DNA of 64,000 bases from Acidobacteriota bacterium (GTDB lineage: Bacteria > Acidobacteriota > Terriglobia > Bryobacterales > Bryobacteraceae). The stretch is taken from NCBI GenBank assembly GCA_016870915.1, contig VFZY01000005.1, forward strand, positions 3,706 to 67,705. The letters run 5' to 3'. Of the stretch, positions 8,170 through 15,545 are shown in pieces. The notes under the pieces were generated by a model. It worked only from the letters and a program-made list of their open reading frames with translations. It searched no databases and was not told the DNA's origin. Position 1 is the stretch's first letter; every line of letters begins with the position of its first letter. Both the position numbers and the translations under genes were made by a program.

Positions 8170-9254
8170 ACAGATGCCTCCTCAGCGGCGAGTTGACGGG
8201 CGAGCTGCCGCCCGATTTCGGAAGGTGTGCCCAGATGGCTTGCCGCGCCCAGGTCCACCGCCGATTGGGGCATTCCATTGACAACGCAACTCGCGGCGGA
8301 TTGCGCGTAGGTGAGGCCGCCCGCGGCGCGAATGGCCTGCAACCCCAGGGCCCCATCGTCGCCCATGCCGGTGAGCAGCACGCCCACCGCGGAACGGCCA
8401 AAGACAGTTGCCGCGGACTCCATGGCGACGTCAATTGAAGGACAGTGGCCCCGTACCGGAGGTCCGGCCTGGACAAGCGCCCGGCCCGGCGGCCTTATGA
8501 TCAGGTGCATGCCGCCCGGCGCCACATACGCCTTGCCGGCGGCGAGAGTTTGGCCGTCTTCGGACTCCCACACCGGCAGCGGCGCGGAACGGTTCAGTTG
8601 GGCGGCCAGGACACCGGTGAAGCTGGCCGGCAGATGCTGGACAATCAGAATCGCCGCGGACAACGAGGAGGGCAGTTCGGCCAGCAGGGAACGCACCGCT
8701 TCCGGACCACCCGTCGAGGCCCCAATCACAACAAGCCGTTGAGCCGGCCGGCGCACGGGCGGGGGCGGCGCGGCTGCCTGGGCCGTCCGGCCGGCGCCAT
8801 GACTCTCCACCAGCCGGATCACCTTCACCTGGGCGGCCCGGCGGACCTTGGCAACGATCTCCCTCTCCAGAACGTCTGGATCCACGGGCGCTTCAGGCGT
8901 GTACTTGAGCGCGAAATCCACCGCGCCCAGATCGAGTGCCTGCATCGTCCGCGTGGCGGCTCGCCCGGTGGCCCCTGTGACCACCACCACAGGCACCGGT
9001 GTCCGCGACATCACCTGGCGAAGTGCCTCCAGACCACCCGCGCCTCCCAGTTCAAGCCCCATGGTCACCACATCCGGCCGGCGGGCCTTCACCTCGGATA
9101 CCAGAGCTCCGGCATCGTGAACCACTCCCCCAATCTCAAACCCACCCGCCTCTTCCAGGTATCCGGCGATCAGACGGCAGACGAAAGGCGATTCGTCCGC
9201 GATTAGAACGCGCGGCACGCCGCTGGGCGGGGTGGAATGGAGCGGGCTCCCCAT
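8166..9254 (-). CDS. cheB: CheB/ChpB-like protein-glutamate methylesterase with a degenerate receiver domain
   Basis: The receiver-like N-domain is followed by a methylesterase domain. The catalytic-triad contexts GASTGGP, VQHLP and GMGDDG are intact. The receiver phosphoacceptor position reads TMGLELGG instead of the usual T.D.EMP. Confidence 0.9.
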   Translation of the reverse strand: MGSPLHSTPPSGVPRVLIADESPFVCRLIAGYLEEAGGFEIGGVVHDAGALVSEVKARRPDVVTMGLELGGAGGLEALRQVMSRTPVPVVVVTGATGRAATRTMQALDLGAVDFALKYTPEAPVDPDVLEREIVAKVRRAAQVKVIRLVESHGAGRTAQAAAPPPPVRRPAQRLVVIGASTGGPEAVRSLLAELPSSLSAAILIVQHLPASFTGVLAAQLNRSAPLPVWESEDGQTLAAGKAYVAPGGMHLIIRPPGRALVQAGPPVRGHCPSIDVAMESAATVFGRSAVGVLLTGMGDDGALGLQAIRAAGGLTYAQSAASCVVNGMPQSAVDLGAASHLGTPSEIGRQLARQLAAEEASV

Positions 9255-9259
9255 GGGTG

Positions 9260-9841
9260 TTAGCCGGCTTCCCGCTGCCGGTACTCGCGGGCCAGACGGC
9301 GGATCACCGCGAGCAACGTCTCTTCCTGATAGGGTTTCACCAGATAATCGGAGACACCCAGACTGAGGGCCCGCGCGCGGTGTTTTTCACCCGCGCGCGA
9401 GGTGAGCATCAGGATGGGAAGCTGCTGGAACTGAGGATGGGCGCGAAGGGCGGCCGTCAGTTCATAGCCGTCCATGCGCGGCATCTCGATATCCACCATC
9501 AGCACATCGGGCCGGGCCCCGCCCCGCAGCAGGTCGAGCGCCTCCACCCCATCACGTGCCGGCACCGCGCGCCATCCGGCGGACTGTAGCAGGCTCTCCA
9601 GGACGCGCCGCACGCTCACCGAATCGTCCACCACCATCACCTGCAGGGCCCGGTTGGCTTCGGCGGTCCGGGGTGAGCGTGAAGGCTGAAACTTTGTGGG
9701 CCCGGCCACCGGGCGCGCCGCCTGGGATTCGCCCACCAGTTCACCCGGGTTCAGGATCAAGACAACGCCCCCATCGCCCGTCAGTGTCGACCCGGCGATG
9801 CCCGGCGCCCGCCGAATCAGGCTGCCCAGAGTCTTGATCAC
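9260..9841 (-). CDS. C-terminal piece of a ChpA-like hybrid kinase: end of the CheW-like (P5) domain plus a canonical receiver domain
   Basis: This is a GTG-initiated ORF. The first ~35 aa (VIKTLGSLIRRAPGIAGSTLTGDGGVVLILNP) form the conserved end of a CheA P5 domain. A REC domain follows (VVDDS...LMVDIEMPRMDG...TSR...VKP). Confidence 0.8.
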   Translation of the reverse strand: MIKTLGSLIRRAPGIAGSTLTGDGGVVLILNPGELVGESQAARPVAGPTKFQPSRSPRTAEANRALQVMVVDDSVSVRRVLESLLQSAGWRAVPARDGVEALDLLRGGARPDVLMVDIEMPRMDGYELTAALRAHPQFQQLPILMLTSRAGEKHRARALSLGVSDYLVKPYQEETLLAVIRRLAREYRQREAG

Positions 9842-12117
9842 CGCCTCGCGAGCTTCGACACGTGGTCGGCCAATAGAACCGCCCGTATGCCTGCGGCTTG
9901 AACCACAATGGCCGGAGGCCGCTCAACCGCCGGCGCGGCGGACCGCCGCAACCCAAGCGCGTCATTCAACCGCACGCCGGGAAGCACCTCGTGGTCCAGC
10001 CGGACGACGGTCCTGCCCCCGGCCGTCTCAATCCGCGAGCCATCCAGGCGAAGCACCTGGACCACGGAAGCCAGAGGAATCGCCAGCCGTTCTCCGCCGG
10101 CTTCAATCATCAGGACCCGCATCACCGCCAGCGTGAGCGGCAGGCGAACCGTGAACCGGGCTCCCTGCCCGGGCTCGCCTTCCACTTCCACCGTGCCCCG
10201 CATTTCGTGAACGGCTGTGCGAACCGCGTCCATGCCAACGCCGCGTCCAGACACCTCGGTCACCATCGACGCAGTGCTGAAGCCAGGCTGAAAGATGAGT
10301 CGCAGAGCCTCTTCGGGTATCAGAGTGGCAGCGGCGGCCTCGTTGAGAAAACCCTTCCGCATGGCAGTCTCGCGCAGGACGTCCGGGTCCAGGCCGGCGC
10401 CGTCGTCCGAGACTTCCAACACCACTTCGGCGCCTTCGTGCCACGCCTTCAGCGTGATCTGCCCTTGCGCGGGTTTTCCCAGCGCGGCCCGGACGGAACC
10501 GGGCTCGATGCCGTGATCGACGGCGTTGCGCAACAGGTGCTCAAGCGGCCCGGCAATCTGTTCAAGAACCGTCTTGTCAAGCTCGATCCATTCACCTTCA
10601 ATCACCAGCCGGGCGGGCTTCGAACAGTGCGTGGAAGCCACCCGGACCGCGCGATGCAAACGTCCCGCCATCGAGCCGAGCGGCACCATGCGCATCCGCA
10701 TCAGCTTGTCTTCGGATTCGCCGGTCAGCCGGGCCAGCCGCTCCAGGCAACCGGTGAAATCTCCGGAGCGCTGGCCCAGCGCGCCCACGGCGGCGCCGAT
10801 ATCGGCCGAAGCCTCGGCCAGTTCCCTCGAGAGCAAATGAAGGCCGGTGTAGCGGTCGAACTCCAGCGCATCGAAGCCGGCGGAAGCCCCGGTCTGCCGC
10901 GTGCCGGAATGCCCTCCCGCAAGCGTGTCAAGACCCACCGCCTCAAAGTCCGATTCCAGGCGATGGACAAGCCGCTTCAGACGCTCCATGCTCAGCCGCA
11001 GTTCATCCAGTTCCTGGCGGTAACTGCCCAGCGTCTGCTCAAACGACGACCGGTTCACCACCAGTTCGCCCGCCAGGCGGACCATCTCATCCAGCCGCTC
11101 AATGGGCACCCGGACGGATTGGCCGGACAGCTTTGAGTCCGGCCGCGGCTCCGGCGGCCGTTGCCTTTCAGCCAGTCCAGGACCCGGCGTCGGGGCCACG
11201 GCAGGTTCAGGAAGCCCTGTCCGGTCCGGTTGAGCCCCCAGCGATGAGGGCGGAGCATCCACCAGCGCGGCATAACGCTGCTCAAGGGCGGCCGCCTGCG
11301 ACACCGGATCGGGCGCGGTATCGGAGGCCAGATCAGTCAACAGATCCAGAGAATCGGCCAACAGGCGAGCCGCCTCGGGGGTGTAGGCGGCGGAGCCCTC
11401 ATTCGCCAGATCCAGCAGATCCTCCATGCGATGAGCCACGCGGCTTAGAACCACCGCGCCTACCGTTGCGGCGGAACCTTTCAGCGTATGGACCGGCCGC
11501 CGCAGTTCGCCGAGCAGGGTCTCATCGGCCGGATCGGCTTCCAGCGCCCGGAGAGCGGTTCCGATCGTCTCCAGCAGCTCTTCGGCTTCCAGCCGGAAGG
11601 TGGCGGCCAGTTCCCCGGTGGCCAAGCCCGCGCTTCCGCCTGCGTCAGCGGTTCCCGGTGGCGCCTCAAGCTCCGAGGCGCCGCTGAGGACGGATGCCAC
11701 TTCAGCTTCGTCCCCTGCGGGCTCCAGCCGCCGCACCCGGCGCAAACTGGGGACCATGGCGTGCACAACAGGGGCGATCGTGCCGCGGCCATCATCCAGT
11801 TCGTCGAGAAAGCCCCCGATACCGGCCAAGCCCTCAAGCACGGCGGACTCTGCTTCGGAGGACCACGGCACGATTCCGGCCATCACATCCTCAAGCAGTT
11901 CCTCCAACAGGAATCCAAGACGCCCCAGGACCGTGAGGCCGATCATGGAGGCCGCGCCCTTAATGGTGTGCAGCAGCCGGTGAGACTCCTCCAGCACCAA
12001 GGCGGGCTTCGCCCCGGGCTGGCGCAGTTCGCCGATAGCCTGCCGCATCCGGGGCAGGTAGTCGCGCACCTCCGTGACAAAGTCGGAGATAACCGCCCGG
12101 CTTGCGCGCTTGGACAT
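9838..12117 (-). CDS. cheA: CheA/ChpA-like histidine kinase with two Hpt (P1) domains, truncated within P5 by a frame disruption
   Basis: There are two Hpt motifs (HTIKGAASMIG and HTLKGSAATVG), a dimerisation region, an HATPase_c domain (DHGIE..., DDGAGLD, GRGVGMD) and the start of a CheW-like domain. The ORF ends abruptly at ..LLADHVSKLARR. Confidence 0.9.
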   Translation of the reverse strand: MSKRASRAVISDFVTEVRDYLPRMRQAIGELRQPGAKPALVLEESHRLLHTIKGAASMIGLTVLGRLGFLLEELLEDVMAGIVPWSSEAESAVLEGLAGIGGFLDELDDGRGTIAPVVHAMVPSLRRVRRLEPAGDEAEVASVLSGASELEAPPGTADAGGSAGLATGELAATFRLEAEELLETIGTALRALEADPADETLLGELRRPVHTLKGSAATVGAVVLSRVAHRMEDLLDLANEGSAAYTPEAARLLADSLDLLTDLASDTAPDPVSQAAALEQRYAALVDAPPSSLGAQPDRTGLPEPAVAPTPGPGLAERQRPPEPRPDSKLSGQSVRVPIERLDEMVRLAGELVVNRSSFEQTLGSYRQELDELRLSMERLKRLVHRLESDFEAVGLDTLAGGHSGTRQTGASAGFDALEFDRYTGLHLLSRELAEASADIGAAVGALGQRSGDFTGCLERLARLTGESEDKLMRMRMVPLGSMAGRLHRAVRVASTHCSKPARLVIEGEWIELDKTVLEQIAGPLEHLLRNAVDHGIEPGSVRAALGKPAQGQITLKAWHEGAEVVLEVSDDGAGLDPDVLRETAMRKGFLNEAAAATLIPEEALRLIFQPGFSTASMVTEVSGRGVGMDAVRTAVHEMRGTVEVEGEPGQGARFTVRLPLTLAVMRVLMIEAGGERLAIPLASVVQVLRLDGSRIETAGGRTVVRLDHEVLPGVRLNDALGLRRSAAPAVERPPAIVVQAAGIRAVLLADHVSKLARR

Positions 12118-12121
12118 GGCG

Positions 12122-14311
12122 TTAACGCACCTGGGCTGGACTGGTGAGTTTGAAGCGATCCATGGAGGACCGCAGACCGTCGGCCAGCGTCGCCAGGCGC
12201 CGGATGGAGATGGCGGCCTGCTTGGCGCCGGCGGCGTTCTGCTGTGTGACCGTGGAGATGCTGGTCATGGACTTCGCCACGGATTCCGATCCGCGCGCCT
12301 GCTGTTTCGAGGCAAGCGAGATGGACTGAATCAGTTCCGAAAGCTGGTGCGAGACCTGTTCGATTTCCGTGAGCTTCTGGCCCGCTTCCGTGGCCAGGTT
12401 CGTTCCGCCAACTACCTCATGCGTGGTTTCTTCCATGGCGGTGATCGCTTCGTTGGTATCCGATTGGATGGACTTGATGAGCGAGGCGATCTTCTTGGTG
12501 GCCTCGGTGGCCCGGTCGGCCAGGCGTTCCACTTCCTCGGCGACCACCGCGAAGCCCTTGCCGGCGTCTCCCGCCGTGGCCGCCTGGATGGAAGCGTTGA
12601 GAGCAAGGATGCTGGTGCGGTCGGCGATATCGCCGATCAACTGAACGATCTCGCCGATCTCCTGCGAACTCTCGCCCAGCCGCTTGATCCGCTTCGACGT
12701 CTGCTGAACCTGTTGCCGGATGCCGCTCATGCGGGTCATCGTCTTCTGGACAGTGTCCGCGCCGGAGCGCGCGGCCGTAAGGGCCTGGTCAGCCACCGAG
12801 GAAGCCGAAGAGGCGTTGGTCGAGACCTGCTGGATCGAAAGCGCCATTTCGTCAATGGCGGCCGAGGCATCCACAATCTGGCGGGACTGCGCTTCGCTGC
12901 CCTGGGCAAGGTGTTCGGCGGTCTTCAAGACCTCCGTCGCGGAGCCGGTCACCGAACGCGTTGTCTGTTCCACCTGACCGATCAGGCCCCGCAGTTCACC
13001 GATCATCATGTTGAACGAGTCCGCGAGGGCGCCGGTGAGTTCAGCCGTCCCCTCGGCATTCACAGTGAGGTCGCCGTCTGAAACGGCGCTGATTTCATTC
13101 AGCAGCTTCTGAATGCTCTCCTGAATCCTGTCACGCTCCTCGCGCGATTGAATCAGGCCCAGAGTGTTGTCGAGCATGGCGTTGAGCGAGACCGCCATCA
13201 TGCCCAACTCGTCCCCCGTGGTCACCTCGGCGCGCGCCGCGAAGTTGCCCATGCCGATCTCGGAGAACAGGTGCGTCAGCGCACCCACCTGGCGGTTGAT
13301 TCCCCGGACGATTCGAACGGCCAGCAGAATCGCCGCCACCAGCGCCGCGAGAATGGCCCCAATCTGCGTGAACTGCTGACGGCGCATGCGGGCGATTCGG
13401 CTGTCGAGAAGCGCGCGTAATTCCTTCGCCGCGGAGCTTCCAAAGCTGAACCACGCTTCGACGGACTGCTGCCCGTTATCAAACTCCTCGCGCGCCTCGG
13501 CCCGAGTGGCGCCCGTGGCCAGTTTTCCCGCCAGAGCCTGGCCAAACGCGGTGCCGGCCGAGAGCGCGGCGTTCAACGGCGGAGTGAGAGAGCGTTCCAG
13601 GCCCTGGTTCGCCCGTCCGGCCACGCGAAGGGCGCGGCGCGCCGCTTCGGCATGCTCGGCCAGGCCGGAGGAAAGGTATGAGATTTGCGCCGCTTCTTCC
13701 GCCGAAACCCTGCCGTGCGCCGCCACGCCGGCCGCCGTGTCGCGCAGGTACGCAAGGTCGCTCACAGTCGCTGGCAGACGGTTCACCATGGCATCCATCA
13801 CGTGGTAGCTGTCCAGGTCGGGGTCCAGAATAAGCTGGGACTTGTCGGCCACGGTGAGAATCAACTCACGAACGTCGGCCAGCAGGCGCGTGTGCGCGGC
13901 GAAACTCTCCTGGGCGCCCATGGCGCTTTGGCGTTGTCGAAGCTCCCGCCACCCCTGGCGCACCGTGCCGAGCGCATCGTTCCCGCCCCAGTCCCGGGCC
14001 ACCGCGGTTTCAATGGCCTCCACCGCCCCCAGGTCGGCTTCAATCTGGGGCTCGAGCGCAGCCATGCGATTGCGCAGGGAAGTGTCGCCGTTGAGAACGG
14101 CGTTGGCCAGTCCCCGATGCTGCGCCAGACGGTCAAACAGGCCATAAGAGGCTGCCAGATAGTCGATGCCGCGCAGTTCATCGCGGGCGGTTGCGATTTG
14201 CGACCCGCGGCTGTCCAGGAAGATTGAAACAACCAGAACCGGCAGTCCCATCACGGCGGCCACCAGCCCGATCTTTTGCCATAGCTTTAAGTCGTTGAAG
14301 GTCTCAAACAT
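12122..14311 (-). CDS. methyl-accepting chemotaxis protein (PilJ position) with a large helical periplasmic sensor, HAMP and signalling domains
   Basis: 729 aa. TM1 is followed by a ~280-aa helical domain, TM2 and a HAMP domain. The highly conserved MCP hairpin follows (EIVQLIGDIADRTSILALNASIQAATAGDAGKGFAVVAEEVERLA). Confidence 0.9.
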   Translation of the reverse strand: MFETFNDLKLWQKIGLVAAVMGLPVLVVSIFLDSRGSQIATARDELRGIDYLAASYGLFDRLAQHRGLANAVLNGDTSLRNRMAALEPQIEADLGAVEAIETAVARDWGGNDALGTVRQGWRELRQRQSAMGAQESFAAHTRLLADVRELILTVADKSQLILDPDLDSYHVMDAMVNRLPATVSDLAYLRDTAAGVAAHGRVSAEEAAQISYLSSGLAEHAEAARRALRVAGRANQGLERSLTPPLNAALSAGTAFGQALAGKLATGATRAEAREEFDNGQQSVEAWFSFGSSAAKELRALLDSRIARMRRQQFTQIGAILAALVAAILLAVRIVRGINRQVGALTHLFSEIGMGNFAARAEVTTGDELGMMAVSLNAMLDNTLGLIQSREERDRIQESIQKLLNEISAVSDGDLTVNAEGTAELTGALADSFNMMIGELRGLIGQVEQTTRSVTGSATEVLKTAEHLAQGSEAQSRQIVDASAAIDEMALSIQQVSTNASSASSVADQALTAARSGADTVQKTMTRMSGIRQQVQQTSKRIKRLGESSQEIGEIVQLIGDIADRTSILALNASIQAATAGDAGKGFAVVAEEVERLADRATEATKKIASLIKSIQSDTNEAITAMEETTHEVVGGTNLATEAGQKLTEIEQVSHQLSELIQSISLASKQQARGSESVAKSMTSISTVTQQNAAGAKQAAISIRRLATLADGLRSSMDRFKLTSPAQVR

Positions 14312-14337
14312 TGGTGCCTTTGTCTCCAGTTGCCGGC

Positions 14338-15147
14338 TCAGCCGGCGGCAAGTGTCTCCAGTTGCGGCGCCGCGAACAGACGGTCTACATCCAGCAGCCG
14401 CACCAATCGGCCGTCCAGTTCGCAGACTCCAGCCAGCAGTTCTCCGCCGGCGCCGGGTTGCGGTCCCAGGGCGGCCTGGCCTTCGCCAATGCGGCCCATT
14501 CCCGACAGTTCATCCACCAGTAGCGCGCACTGGCGCGCTCCATTCCCGATCACCAGAATCCGTCCCTGGTCCGAGTCTTCGGCCGGCGTCACACCCAGCA
14601 GCGCCGCAAGGCTGACCACGGCCATCACCTCACCCCGCAGGTTCGCCACGCCCAGAACGAATTCGGGCAAGTTGGGCACCCAGGTGATCGGCGGTACGCG
14701 CCCCGCCTCGACGATGCCTGCGACGGGGATTGCGTATCGGGAGCCGTCCAGTTGAAAGAGCACATGCAGCCCGCCCTGAAGCGTCCGCCCGGCGCGGTTG
14801 TCCTGGGAAGCGGCCTGCGGGGCCGGCGCCTCGTGCATCGTCTGGTCGATGGCCGCGACCACGGACTCCAAAGAGGACTCCGGCGATCCTGGCTCAACCG
14901 GAGCGGAGGGTCCCGATTCGCTGACTCGTACCGCGGCCAGCAGCTCCCCCAGAAGTTCATCGGGGTCGATTGGCGTGCCGGGCGCCGGCGGCTCTCCCGA
15001 CATCAGTTCGAGCAGCAGGTCTTGCGCGGGGTCCGCGGGCGAGGGCTCGGCGGCGAGCAACTCGTCGAGCAGCCCCTCCGGGGCATCTGGATTGCCATTC
15101 CGGGGTCCGGGTGCCGGCTGTTTCAATTGATCGTCGTCCATCGTCAT
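14338..15147 (-). CDS. cheW: CheW-like coupling protein (PilI position) with a ~120-aa acidic N-terminal extension
   Basis: The C-terminal ~145 aa form a CheW domain (LHVLFQLDGSRYAIPV...VANLRGEVMAVVSL...LLVDEL...LVRLLDVDRLF). The N-terminus is Pro/Glu/Asp-rich. Confidence 0.85.
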   Translation of the reverse strand: MTMDDDQLKQPAPGPRNGNPDAPEGLLDELLAAEPSPADPAQDLLLELMSGEPPAPGTPIDPDELLGELLAAVRVSESGPSAPVEPGSPESSLESVVAAIDQTMHEAPAPQAASQDNRAGRTLQGGLHVLFQLDGSRYAIPVAGIVEAGRVPPITWVPNLPEFVLGVANLRGEVMAVVSLAALLGVTPAEDSDQGRILVIGNGARQCALLVDELSGMGRIGEGQAALGPQPGAGGELLAGVCELDGRLVRLLDVDRLFAAPQLETLAAG

Positions 15148-15545
15148 CCCTGGGCACTCCTCGGATTCATGTGCCGCTCGACACTGGCCGCCAGTTGGGT
15201 GAGATCCAGGGGCTTGGTAAGGTACTCATCAGCGCCCTGGCGCATTCCCCAGAAACGATCGGTCTCCTGGCTCTTACTGGTCACCAGGATCACGCGAGCC
15301 CCATGCGGACCGGATGCTGCTTTCAGGTGACGGCACACCTGGAATCCGTTCTTCTTGGGCAGAATCACATCCAACAGGACGACGGAGGGACTCTCCGCCG
15401 CGGCGCGTTCAATCGCCTCGTCGCCGTCCGTGGCCACCACCACGCGATACCCACGGCTTTCGAGAGTCTCGCGAATCATCTGAAGCTCAAGGGGGCTGTC
15501 GTCCACAACCAGCACGGTTTGGGCGGAGGTGGGCTTGGTACTCAT
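15144..15545 (-). CDS. single-domain CheY-like response regulator (PilH-like)
   Basis: 133 aa with VLVVDDS, LLDVILPKKNG and TSK..ETDRFWGMRQGADEYLTKP, the PilG/PilH/PixH-type signature. There are 4-nt overlaps with both neighbours. Confidence 0.9.
   Translation of the reverse strand: MSTKPTSAQTVLVVDDSPLELQMIRETLESRGYRVVVATDGDEAIERAAAESPSVVLLDVILPKKNGFQVCRHLKAASGPHGARVILVTSKSQETDRFWGMRQGADEYLTKPLDLTQLAASVERHMNPRSAQG

Noticed and set aside
9838-9866. Programmed ribosomal frameshift or stop-codon bypass joining the CheA and REC ORFs
   Set aside because: There is no slippery heptamer and no prfB-like CUU-UGA context. Homology in the second frame starts about 7 codons before the first frame's stop. 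That points to a simple 1-nt indel (mutation or sequencing error).
9898-11136. 412-aa plus-strand ORF, together with the neighbouring plus-strand ORFs 11133-11687, 11488-12147 and 12074-13081
   Set aside because: All are antisense to the clearly recognisable CheA and MCP genes. They have Pro/Arg/Gly-rich compositions and no motifs.
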